Of a stretch of 39,517 nt of DNA, positions 22,327-30,697 are shown in pieces; within the stretch, counting starts at the first letter, position 1, and every line of letters begins with the position of its first letter. Under the pieces are notes generated by a model. It ran no database searches and had not been told where the DNA came from. It worked only from the letters and a program-made list of their open reading frames with translations. Where the stretch lies: assembly GCA_964436805.1 (NCBI GenBank), contig CAYTEG010000001.1, positions 1 to 39,517 of the forward strand, given 5' to 3'. Origin of the DNA: an uncultured Candidatus Saccharibacteria bacterium (GTDB taxonomy: Bacteria > Patescibacteriota > Saccharimonadia > Saccharimonadales > EFPC-124). Position numbers and translations under genes: made by a program.

Positions 22327-25185
22327 TTATATAACGAAGTTTACAAGTTTACCAGGCACGTAAATGGTGCGCGGTTTTTTGTTGCCCACAAACGTTTTAA
22401 CATGTTCGTCGGCCAAAGCCTGCTGCTCAATCTGCTCTTTGGTGGCATCGGCCGCAATCTGCAACTTGGCGCGCACTTTGCCATTTACCTGCACCACAAT
22501 CGTCACGGTATCTTCGACCAAATAGTTGTCGTCCCAGGTTGGCCAGTCGCTGAGGTGCACCGAACCTGTGCCACCAAATTGCTCCCACAACTCTTCGGCT
22601 ACGTGCGGCGCAAACGGCGCGAGCATCTGCGCCATGGCAGCCATTGCCCACTGCCAATCTTTCTTAGACTCACCCATGCTTTCGCGGAGTTTGTACAGTT
22701 CGTTAGTAGCTTCCATAAGCGCGGCGATGGCGGTATTGTAACCAAATTGATGCATGTCGTCGGTGACGCGCTTAATTGTTTTGTGCATAACGCGCTTGAT
22801 CGCCGTGTTTTCTTTGTCGCCTTCTGGCGCCTCGGTAACTTCTTGCGCGAGCGTCCACACCCGGTTTATAAAGCGGTACACGCCACCTAAACCTTCGGGG
22901 CTCCACGGAGTATTTTGGTGGAATGGTGCCAAAAACAAAATGGTTGCACGCAGCGCGTCGGCGCCGTAGCCGTTTTTAATAATGTCTTCGGGGTCGACGC
23001 CATTGCCTTTGCTTTTACTAAATTTAGTGCCGTCTTCGGCAAGCAGCAGGCCTTGGTTGCGCAGCGCGGTAAATGGTTCGGTAAAGCTTACCAGGCCAGC
23101 ATCGAACATAACTTTTGTCCACATGCGGGCGTACAAAAGGTGCATCACCGCGTGTTCGGCGCCGCCAACGTACAAATCAACCGGCGCCCAGTGTTCGACA
23201 AGTTTTTTACTAAATGCTTCGTTTGCGTTGTGCGGGTCGGCAAAGCGCAGCGCGTACCAGCTGCTGCAGGCAAAGCCGTCCATGGTGTCGGTTTCGCGTT
23301 CGGCTTTGCCGCCACATTTAGGGCAGGTTGTTTCGACCCACTCACGGTTTTTAGCCAGTGGCGAGCGGCCGTCGCCGGTGGGTTGGTAGTCTTTCATGTC
23401 GGGCAAAACAACCGGTAAATCGGCTTCGGGCACGGGCACAATGCCGTCGGTTGGGCAGTGCACCATGGGGATTGGGGCGCCCCAATAACGCTGGCGGCTA
23501 ATAAGCCAGTCGCGGATTTTGTACGTGACGCGCTCTTTGCCCATTTTTTTTGCGGCAAGGTCGGCCACAATTTTTTCGCGCACTTCAGCGCTTGGCATGC
23601 CGTCGTATTCGCCCGAGTTTACCATTAAGCCTTCGCCGTGGTAGCACTCGCCTTTTACTAATTGTTTAAAGGCGTTTAGGTGCGATTCGTCGTCGAACTT
23701 GGCTTCGACTTCGGCGGCACTCAGCCATTCCAATTTGAACATGTTTTTTTCGTTGTCGGCTAGTGCGGTCGCTGTTTTTTCGTCGTCGACTAAATCGTAC
23801 AACAAGCCGTACACTTCAATCCGGCGCGCGACTTTTTTGCTAAATGCGTAGTAGCTGTGGAACATGCGGCCGGTGCTGCTTACAAATTTTACGTTTTTGT
23901 AACCCGTTTCTTCGGCAATTTCGCGTGCGGCGGTTTGCTGGATTGTCTCGTCGCCTTCGATGCCGCCGCCAATAAACAGGTGCCCGCCAAACTTGGGGCC
24001 CCAGTTAAGCGCCAAATACTTGTTTGTTTTAGGATTGCGGATGATCCCCACAATGCTGCGCCGAAATTCGGGGTTTTGCTGCGGCTCGCCGGTTTCGGGC
24101 TCGATAACTTCGATGATCGGCAGGTCAAATTTTTTGGCAAACGCAAGGTCGCGTTGGTCGTGCGCGGGCACAGCCATAATCGCGCCGGTGCCGTAGCCAG
24201 CCAGCACGTAGTCGGCAATCCAAATCGGCACTTTGGCGCCGTTGACCGGGTTTACTGCGTAAGCGCCAGTAAACACGCCGGTTTTTTCGCGGTTTTGATC
24301 CATGCGCACGATGTCGGTTTTGGTGGCGGCTTCGCGGATGTAACTTTCGACAGCCTTTTTTTGTTCGGCAGTCGCCAGTTTTTTAGCCAAGGTGTGTTCG
24401 GGCGCAATTACCATAAATGTCGCGCCAAATAATGTGTCGGGGCGGGTGGTAAAAATGGTAAGCGACTCTTTGTGGCCGTCAATCGCAAAGTCGACTTCGG
24501 CGCCTTTGCTGCGGCCAATCCAGTTTTTTTGCATTGTTTTAATGCTGTGCGGCCAGTCTAAGCCCTCTAAATCTTGTTCCAAACGGTCAGCATAATCGGT
24601 AATCTTAAAAAACCATTGTTTGAGCGATTTTTTGGTGACCTCATTGCCGCAGCGCCAACATTTGCCGGCTTCTACCTGTTCGTTCGCCAAAACTGTTTTG
24701 TCGGTGTCGCACCAAAATTGCAAGCTTTCTTTTTGGTAGGCCAGGCCGCGTTTGTGGAGCAGTAAAAAGAACCACTGCGTCCATTTGTAATAATCGGGGT
24801 CGGAGCTGGCAAATTCGCGATCCCAGTCAATCGACAAACCTAAATGTTTGGCCTGTTCGCGAAAATTATCGGTATTTTGCTTAGTGGTTACCTGTGGCGG
24901 CGTGCCGGTTTTAATGGCATAATTTTCGGCCGGCAGACCAAAGCTATCCCAGCCCATGGGGTGCATAACCTCGTGCCCGAGCATTCGCTTAAAGCGCGCG
25001 GCGGCGTCGGTAATCGTAAAGTTGCGCACGTGGCCAATGTGCAGGCCGGCGCCACTGGGGTACGGAAAAAAACTCAGCGCGTAATACGGCGGTTTTTTGC
25101 TGTCGTCATGGGCTTTGTATGTTTTTTGCTCGTCCCATACTTTTTGCCATTTTGGTTCGATCTGCGAGGGGTTGTAGCGTTTCAT
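22327..25185 (-). CDS. leuS: leucine--tRNA ligase with an inserted Nudix-fold domain
   Basis: 952 aa from ATG 25185 (MKRYNPSQIEPKWQKVW; the ORF-track start is 25260). HIGH motif (LHIGHV), KMSKS variant KFSKSKG, CP1 editing-domain motifs (TTRPDTLFGAT, AVPAHDQRD) and RDWLISRQRYWGAPIP. An extra segment of about 145 aa (23641-24078) contains GGIEGDETIQQTAAREIAEETGY. Confidence 0.95.
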   Translation of the reverse strand: MKRYNPSQIEPKWQKVWDEQKTYKAHDDSKKPPYYALSFFPYPSGAGLHIGHVRNFTITDAAARFKRMLGHEVMHPMGWDSFGLPAENYAIKTGTPPQVTTKQNTDNFREQAKHLGLSIDWDREFASSDPDYYKWTQWFFLLLHKRGLAYQKESLQFWCDTDKTVLANEQVEAGKCWRCGNEVTKKSLKQWFFKITDYADRLEQDLEGLDWPHSIKTMQKNWIGRSKGAEVDFAIDGHKESLTIFTTRPDTLFGATFMVIAPEHTLAKKLATAEQKKAVESYIREAATKTDIVRMDQNREKTGVFTGAYAVNPVNGAKVPIWIADYVLAGYGTGAIMAVPAHDQRDLAFAKKFDLPIIEVIEPETGEPQQNPEFRRSIVGIIRNPKTNKYLALNWGPKFGGHLFIGGGIEGDETIQQTAAREIAEETGYKNVKFVSSTGRMFHSYYAFSKKVARRIEVYGLLYDLVDDEKTATALADNEKNMFKLEWLSAAEVEAKFDDESHLNAFKQLVKGECYHGEGLMVNSGEYDGMPSAEVREKIVADLAAKKMGKERVTYKIRDWLISRQRYWGAPIPMVHCPTDGIVPVPEADLPVVLPDMKDYQPTGDGRSPLAKNREWVETTCPKCGGKAERETDTMDGFACSSWYALRFADPHNANEAFSKKLVEHWAPVDLYVGGAEHAVMHLLYARMWTKVMFDAGLVSFTEPFTALRNQGLLLAEDGTKFSKSKGNGVDPEDIIKNGYGADALRATILFLAPFHQNTPWSPEGLGGVYRFINRVWTLAQEVTEAPEGDKENTAIKRVMHKTIKRVTDDMHQFGYNTAIAALMEATNELYKLRESMGESKKDWQWAMAAMAQMLAPFAPHVAEELWEQFGGTGSVHLSDWPTWDDNYLVEDTVTIVVQVNGKVRAKLQIAADATKEQIEQQALADEHVKTFVGNKKPRTIYVPGKLVNFVI

Positions 25186-25364
25186 AATAATGGGTACAGT
25201 ATACCTTTGTTTGGGCAGATTGCCCAGCCGCACGCGCTTGCGGGCACTCGCTACCATCATGTATTATGACAAATTAGAACCAGACGCTGGGCATGCCCGG
25301 CGTTTTGTTTTGCCCCGCTGCCGCACCCGCGGCCTACAGCGGAGTAGCATCGACAGAAAGGTAG

Positions 25365-26306
25365 ATGGTGAAAACCACCCGGTTTTTATTGGCGGCCAGC
25401 GTGGCTGCAGTGGCGACCTTGGGGTTGGCCACGCCCGCTCACGCCGACAAGCCAGTTACCGCGACGGCTGCAGTTTCGTGCCCCGGCGACCAGTTGATGG
25501 TTGGCGGGAAGTTCACGCTGACAAAGGTGCTTGCCACGCAGCAAATTGCGGTGCACACGCTGGCCTCAGACCTGCCGCTGGCAAGCCAGAGCAGCTACGT
25601 GGGCGACACCGCTACCTACGACGTGGCGTTCGACGCGGCGCTCAAAGCGGCCAGCCCAGCGACGGCCAGCGTGCCTAACAGCTGGAACGGCAGCTTTACG
25701 CTCACCACGCCGACCTGCAAGGCGCCGGTGGTGGCAACGACCAGCGCCACAACCTCGGCGTGCGGCGCTTCGCCCAGCCTGACACTGCAAGTGACCAACC
25801 ACAACCCGGTCATGGTGGACTACACGGCGATACTCACAACGCCCGGCACCAACCTGGTAAACAAAACTGCCACCGTACGGGCCGGCCAAACGGGCAACCT
25901 GGTATTCGCGGTCGTACGGGGCAAGGAATACCGCCTGAGCCTCGAGGGTGACGACAGCACCTCGCTACTGACCACGACGAAGATACCGCTGTGTGTGGTT
26001 TCGCCACCGGCCAGCAAGTCGCCCAAGGCAAAGCCGTCGTCGGCAGCGCCTAGCCCGGTGCCAACGCCGGCTGTCGCAACGCCTGAGCCGAGCGAGAACG
26101 TGCTCACCGAACCGGTGCCCACTTACGTCGAGATGAACTACGAGCGCAAAGCGGCGTGGATTCCGTGGGCGCTGATCATTGGCGCGACGCTGGTGGTGAT
26201 CGGCGGCGCGATATTTGTGCTGGCGATGCGCCGTCGCACAGACGAAGATGATGACGAAGACGACGATGACCCACCGCCCGTTACCGGCCGCCACCGCCAC
26301 CGCTGA
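25365..26306 (+). CDS. secreted, C-terminally membrane-anchored surface protein (high-GC cassette 5)
   Basis: 313 aa. Signal peptide MVKTTRFLLAASVAAVATLGLATPAHA|DKP. A Thr/Ser/Ala-rich ectodomain with paired Cys, a Pro/Ser/Ala-rich stalk (PPASKSPKAKPSSAAPSPVPTPAVATPEPS), and a TM helix WIPWALIIGATLVVIGGAIFVLA. The cytoplasmic tail is RRRTDEDDDEDDDDPPP. No LPXTG motif. Confidence 0.7.
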   Translation: MVKTTRFLLAASVAAVATLGLATPAHADKPVTATAAVSCPGDQLMVGGKFTLTKVLATQQIAVHTLASDLPLASQSSYVGDTATYDVAFDAALKAASPATASVPNSWNGSFTLTTPTCKAPVVATTSATTSACGASPSLTLQVTNHNPVMVDYTAILTTPGTNLVNKTATVRAGQTGNLVFAVVRGKEYRLSLEGDDSTSLLTTTKIPLCVVSPPASKSPKAKPSSAAPSPVPTPAVATPEPSENVLTEPVPTYVEMNYERKAAWIPWALIIGATLVVIGGAIFVLAMRRRTDEDDDEDDDDPPPVTGRHRHR

Positions 26307-26357
26307 CGATGCTGCCTGGGGCGCACATTTGGCTACCCGCCAATGTGCGTCCCGGCG

Positions 26358-27632
26358 CTAACTACCAAACTGCCGCTGTTTTATTGCCAGCCAATCCGGC
26401 GTTTGGCGCACCAAGCTTTTTTCTTCTTCGGTGCTGTGCAAAATAATTTTTATCGCTTCTTCGGCAAATACGCCATTTTGTGAACCTTTGGCAAGCACAA
26501 CTGCGCCGTTTTGCAATAATTTGTGTAACTCGGCGCCGGCATCGTACGGGCTTAAAAAGCTGCGCACGCGGCAACCACGTTTTTCGGCGACCGGCGCCAG
26601 GTATTTTTTGGCTTCGGCGCCAATAGTAATCACCCAGTCGAGCAGCGCCGGGTCGCAGGCGTTGGCGACGCGCTCGTGCGCTTCTTGCGAATACGCGCCG
26701 AGTTCGTTCATCGAGCCAAGCACGGCAATGCGCTGGGTCGTCTGAAACTTATACAAAGTTTGCAGCGCGGCAAGCGCCGAAATCGGGCTCGAATTATACG
26801 TGTCGTCAATAATCGTAGAGTTTTCGAGCCCCTTCAGTAAGTTCATGCGGCCATTAACCGGGCGGATTTTTTGCAGCCCGGCCGCCACTTGCTCGGCACT
26901 CAAACCCATTTTAATACCGACCGCACCGGCCGCCACCGCACTGCGGATGTTATGCTCGCCAACCAGTTGCAGCGCAACTTTTTGCTCTTTATATTCGGGC
27001 GACACGAACATGCCGGTAAAGCCCTGCCCGGGTTTGTAATCGTCGTTTATAAAGCGGTACTCGGCGACGCCAGTGGTGCCGTAGGTGTCTAAATTGATGC
27101 CTTCGGGCACGTATTTTGTGTATTCGGCGCTGATGTCGTCGCGGTTAATAAGCGACAACCCGGCAAAACTGGTGACCACAAGTTCTTCTTTTGCAACCGC
27201 GTCGAGCGTGCCAAAATAGGCCATGTGTTCTTCGGCGACCGCCGTTACAACCGCAATATCGGGGTGGACGTACTTTTTAAAATACTCAATATCGCCCGGG
27301 CTGTCAGAGCCAAGTTCGAGCACCAACACCTGGTACGGATACGGCTCGCGTAGCTGTTTCGACATTGCGCCCAGCACCTTAAACCACGAAAACGGGTCGC
27401 GCAACTTAAGTGGCAAATGCATATTAAATATCGCCAGCGGCAGCGCAATCGGCGTGTTGTAACTGCCGTAATGCGCCAGCACTTTATACTTTTCGCTCAG
27501 CACCGTGGCGATTGCCAGCTTAGTGCTGGTTTTGCCCGCGCTGCCGGTGACGGCGACAATTTTTGGTTTGTATTTTTTAAGCAGGCGTTTAGCCTTGGCT
27601 TCGAGTAGTTTGGTGATAAATTGTTTGACCAT
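26358..27632 (-). CDS. murF: UDP-N-acetylmuramoyl-tripeptide--D-alanyl-D-alanine ligase
   Basis: 424 aa Mur ligase. P-loop VTGSAGKTSTK and the MurF-type segment IIDDTYNSSPISALAALQTL. Confidence 0.82.
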   Translation of the reverse strand: MVKQFITKLLEAKAKRLLKKYKPKIVAVTGSAGKTSTKLAIATVLSEKYKVLAHYGSYNTPIALPLAIFNMHLPLKLRDPFSWFKVLGAMSKQLREPYPYQVLVLELGSDSPGDIEYFKKYVHPDIAVVTAVAEEHMAYFGTLDAVAKEELVVTSFAGLSLINRDDISAEYTKYVPEGINLDTYGTTGVAEYRFINDDYKPGQGFTGMFVSPEYKEQKVALQLVGEHNIRSAVAAGAVGIKMGLSAEQVAAGLQKIRPVNGRMNLLKGLENSTIIDDTYNSSPISALAALQTLYKFQTTQRIAVLGSMNELGAYSQEAHERVANACDPALLDWVITIGAEAKKYLAPVAEKRGCRVRSFLSPYDAGAELHKLLQNGAVVLAKGSQNGVFAEEAIKIILHSTEEEKSLVRQTPDWLAIKQRQFGS

Positions 27633-27698
27633 TGCTATAAGTATACTAAAAACGCCGCGACTTGTGGGCGCGGCGTTTTATAAAATGCGTCGTACTAC

Positions 27699-28787
27699 TT
27701 ACAGGTCGCTAAAGTCGTCTTGTGGCAATGGTGCCCCAAGCAGCGCGTTCATAAGCTGTGCAATTGGCTTGGCGCCAGCTGGCTTTTCGAACTTGTCGAA
27801 TGTTGGCAGCTTGCCGGTAAGCGTAAGCGTGATGTCGGTTTCTTCGCCAGCCTTTGTGTTGGCAATGCGGATTTGCTTAAACTTTTTGCTGTCGCGGGCA
27901 ATCCATACCTCAATCGTGCTGTCGGCAGTCTGCGTGGCGCTTTTTGCTTCAGCGATGTCTTGGTCGGTCACGGTAATAGTGGTCAGGTTAGCCGCTTTGA
28001 CTGCTTGCAAAAACGCAACTTCTTTGTCTTTGTCGACTTTTAGGCTAAAGTGAGCCGAGTTTGAACCGTCGACTGTTTCGTCGGCAAACACTTTGTCAGA
28101 CACGATAAATGGGTGCTGGGTGTAAATTTCGAGCATTTTTTTAATTTCGGCGGGCGAAACAGCGCCGCTGACGCTGTCGGTGCCGCTGCTTTGGGCCACT
28201 TGCTGGATTTCTTCTTTGGTCATAACGAACCACTGGCCATTGAGGTTCTTAAAGGCAGTGCTCAGCTCGGCCACGTCGCTTGGGCTCGCACCCGCGTTAA
28301 GCGCGCCAAACAAAGCGCCCAGGCGCTCAAGCTCGGTGCCTTTAAGGTAAAACGATTCGTCGAGCGACAAAACGCTCAGGCCAATGCGTTGGTCGCCCGA
28401 GCCGATCCCTAAAATGACTTCGCCGTTTTTTTCGTTTTTAGGGTCAACCGCAACCGCAACGTCACCGGTAAATGTAGACTTGCTGTTGCCAGTACCGCTG
28501 ACGATTTTAAGCGTCGCGGCCATTGTTTTTTCGCCGCTGATGTTTTGCACGGCCGACTGTAACATGCTTTCGGGAGTGTTGCTCACGTAGGCGTACACAC
28601 CCCAGGCAATTGCCGCGACCACAACGACGGCACCAATAATAATGCCCATCATCATGTTTTTATTAGCCGGCTTGCCTGCCATTGGCATTGGCTGTCCGCC
28701 ACCCATTGGCGCCGGGCTCGGTGGCGTCGCCATAGGTTGTGGTGCAGGCGCAGGTGCGCCCGGTTGCTGCTGCATATCTGGATTCAT
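27699..28787 (-). CDS. hypothetical membrane-anchored extracytoplasmic protein
   Basis: 362 aa. A Pro/Ala/Met/Gly-rich N-terminus, one TM helix (MMMGIIIGAVVVVAAIAWGVYAYV), and a soluble domain of about 290 aa. No family recognised. Confidence 0.62.
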   Translation of the reverse strand: MNPDMQQQPGAPAPAPQPMATPPSPAPMGGGQPMPMAGKPANKNMMMGIIIGAVVVVAAIAWGVYAYVSNTPESMLQSAVQNISGEKTMAATLKIVSGTGNSKSTFTGDVAVAVDPKNEKNGEVILGIGSGDQRIGLSVLSLDESFYLKGTELERLGALFGALNAGASPSDVAELSTAFKNLNGQWFVMTKEEIQQVAQSSGTDSVSGAVSPAEIKKMLEIYTQHPFIVSDKVFADETVDGSNSAHFSLKVDKDKEVAFLQAVKAANLTTITVTDQDIAEAKSATQTADSTIEVWIARDSKKFKQIRIANTKAGEETDITLTLTGKLPTFDKFEKPAGAKPIAQLMNALLGAPLPQDDFSDL

Positions 28788-28857
28788 AATCTACCCTCTT
28801 GTTATTTTGAATGTATCTTTTTTAAGCATACACCGAAAGCTGAGGGTTAGGCAAATC

Positions 28858-28882
28858 AAAAACGCCCGGCTTTGGGCGTTTT
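28858..28882. terminator. hairpin terminator downstream of tRNA-Ala
   Basis: AAAACGCCC, loop GGCTTT, then GGGCGTTTT. Confidence 0.5.
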
Positions 28883-28893
28883 AAATAATTCCA

Positions 28894-28969
28894 TGGTGGA
28901 GCATATCGGATTCGAACCGATCACCTCTTCCATGCCATGGAAGCGCTCTACCAAATGAGCTAATGCCCC
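28894..28969 (-). tRNA. tRNA-Ala (anticodon GGC)
   Basis: The 76 nt reverse complement is GGGGCAT-TA-GCTC-ATTTGGTA-GAGC-G-CTTCC-ATGGCAT-GGAAG-AGGTG-ATCGG-TTCGAAT-CCGAT-ATGCTCC-A-CCA. It contains the G3:U70 alanine identity pair and an encoded CCA. Confidence 0.9.
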
Positions 28970-28998
28970 TCGAATAACTTAGGCGATTATAGCATTAA

Positions 28999-29451
28999 CT
29001 ACGCCCCGAGGGAAGGGTGCGTAAAGTACGCAATTGGCTCGCGGCCATCTGGCAATGTGAGGCTGTATTGTTTTGGCACGCGGTCTGTTGTGGAATTGCC
29101 GATCACCTGGCCGTCACCGATAAAAAACGCCATGTGCATGTTGTCGCCCTGCGCGGCCCACTGCACGACATCGCCGGGTTTTGGGTTTTTAGTTTCGACC
29201 CAACCGGCTTCGAGCATGTGTTTTACGGTAGTACCAACGGTAGCGTGCGGATGGTCGATGAGCCCGTGCAGCGCCAAAATACCCGAAACGCTGTAGGCAC
29301 AGGCGTCGGTGCCATTGTCGAGGGCGTCGAATTCGCGGCCATCACGTTTGTCGCGCACGTAAATATGTTTAAAAAGTTCCGAACCAACCATTGTGCGGAT
29401 GGTGTACATGAGGTTTTTATGGATAAGTCGTTCTAAATTATTGTCGGGCAT
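28999..29451 (-). CDS. hypothetical protein, possibly a papain-like (NlpC/P60/CHAP-type) hydrolase
   Basis: 150 aa from ATG 29451 (AAGGA upstream). The ORF-track 5' extension to 29529 is an A-rich leader read as Lys/Thr. Candidate nucleophile DACAYSVSG and candidate His HMAFFIGDGQVIGNS. The function call is weak. Confidence 0.55.
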   Translation of the reverse strand: MPDNNLERLIHKNLMYTIRTMVGSELFKHIYVRDKRDGREFDALDNGTDACAYSVSGILALHGLIDHPHATVGTTVKHMLEAGWVETKNPKPGDVVQWAAQGDNMHMAFFIGDGQVIGNSTTDRVPKQYSLTLPDGREPIAYFTHPSLGA

Positions 29452-29557
29452 GGTTAAGTCCTTGGAGCTTGTGCGCGCCCACCCGGCTCTTTTTGTTTTT
29501 GCAGTTTTTGTTTTGCTTTTTCGCGCCAAGAGCCACTTTGCGCACGAGCTTATTTAA

Positions 29558-29586
29558 ATGATATAACGATTGTGCTTATGGCGCAA
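29558..29586 (-). promoter_or_regulatory. sigma70-like promoter for the 29451 gene
   Basis: The minus strand reads TTGCGC (29586-29581), a 17 nt spacer, then TATCAT (29563-29558). Confidence 0.35.
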
Positions 29587-29597
29587 GCTGCTCGCAG

Positions 29598-29698
29598 GAA
29601 AGCAGAGCACTATCCTCCGAAGGGTGCACGCCGGCGCAAGAAGCGCCTTCGTTCACTTGGGAAACAAGAGCCCCTTCTGAGGATAGTGCTCTGCTTTC
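29598..29698. ncRNA. 101 nt three-way-junction structured element (unknown family; strand undetermined)
   Basis: A 20 bp perfect closing stem GAAAGCAGAGCACTATCCTC (29598-29617) / GAGGATAGTGCTCTGCTTTC (29679-29698), extended by GAAGGG/CCCTTC. Two internal hairpins: TGCACG-CC-GGCGC-AAGAA-GCGCC-TT-CGTTCA and CTTG-GGAAA-CAAG. Confidence 0.4.
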
Positions 29699-29725
29699 TC
29701 AAGCCGTTTCGTAAAACCGCAGCTT

Positions 29726-30697
29726 TTATAGCTTGCGCAGCTTATACAACGCCGCTTTTTGCCCAGACACCAAAATATTATATTGCTTCTCGATCGTAAA
29801 CCCAACCTCGGCCGCCAATTTTTCGATAAACGGCACGCTCGTGACCAAAACAATGCAGCCTTTTACGCGCAGCACGCGGTGCATTTGAACAAACGACTCA
29901 TAATACAGGTGCTCCAAATGCTCGGGGCTGGCGGGTTCGAACTTGCCCCACGGCGGGTCGGTTATAACGCGGTCGGCGCTGCGGGTTTCGATATGCGGCA
30001 GCCGCGCGGCGTCGCCATGTTTGGCAATTAAGTGCGGGATCGATTTTAAATGCGGCACCAAATGTTCGTTAAATTCGACGGCGATAACTTCTTTGCAGTG
30101 GAAACCTTGCAAACATTCGCGCACAATCGAACCGTACCCGGCAAATGGATCAACCACTACATCGTCTTGGTCGAGGCTGGCCAGCAAGCCCATAATATGC
30201 GCCAGCTCTGGCCGCAGTTCACCCGGTTCGAGCTTGCGCGTTTTAAACCCAGGGCGCGGCAATTGCCAGCCCCACAGCGCGCGGCCATCGGCGCGGAGCC
30301 ACAGCAAAAATTCTAAATCAGGCCTGAACGAATCAGGAATCCTACCAGTTTGATCGGTCACCGCCTGCTGCAAAGCTTGCACATTCGCCAGCCCAATTGT
30401 CTGGTTGGCGTGACGGGTGTGAATTTTAAACCCAACTTTTGGCAACCCCGACATATCTGTTTTTGCCGCCAAAACCGCCGCGTCGTCGATTGTTTTTTGC
30501 TGGCCAAAATCGCCCAGGCAGCCAAATACATTGTTAAAAAAGCGCAGTTCGCTCAGCTGGTTGACGCTCAGCGACGAGGTAAACATAACCAAACCATCCT
30601 GCAGTTCATCGACTGCAAGTTCGGCACGCGGAAACTGCTGCAACCGCTTGCCGACAATCTCTTGCGTGCCCGAAACAAACGTTGCAAAGTATTTCAA
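29726..30697 (-). CDS. class I SAM-dependent RNA methyltransferase (UPF0020/THUMP-associated N2-G or N6-A type)
   Basis: SAM motif I VVVDPFAGYGSIVRE and catalytic motif IV VITDPPWG. The ORF-track start at 30766 overlaps the upstream gene by 73 nt. TTG at 30697 forms a TTGA start/stop overlap and gives LKYFATFVSGTQEI..., a typical N-terminus for this family. Confidence 0.78.
   Translation of the reverse strand: MKYFATFVSGTQEIVGKRLQQFPRAELAVDELQDGLVMFTSSLSVNQLSELRFFNNVFGCLGDFGQQKTIDDAAVLAAKTDMSGLPKVGFKIHTRHANQTIGLANVQALQQAVTDQTGRIPDSFRPDLEFLLWLRADGRALWGWQLPRPGFKTRKLEPGELRPELAHIMGLLASLDQDDVVVDPFAGYGSIVRECLQGFHCKEVIAVEFNEHLVPHLKSIPHLIAKHGDAARLPHIETRSADRVITDPPWGKFEPASPEHLEHLYYESFVQMHRVLRVKGCIVLVTSVPFIEKLAAEVGFTIEKQYNILVSGQKAALYKLRKL

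Noticed and set aside
29452-29725. A cyclic-di-AMP (ydaO-type) riboswitch upstream of the NlpC/P60-like gene, since such riboswitches often control cell-wall hydrolases.
   Set aside because: I could not find the pseudo-symmetric ydaO consensus blocks. The large structured element also lies upstream of the predicted promoter rather than in the leader. It needs Infernal to settle and is not claimed.
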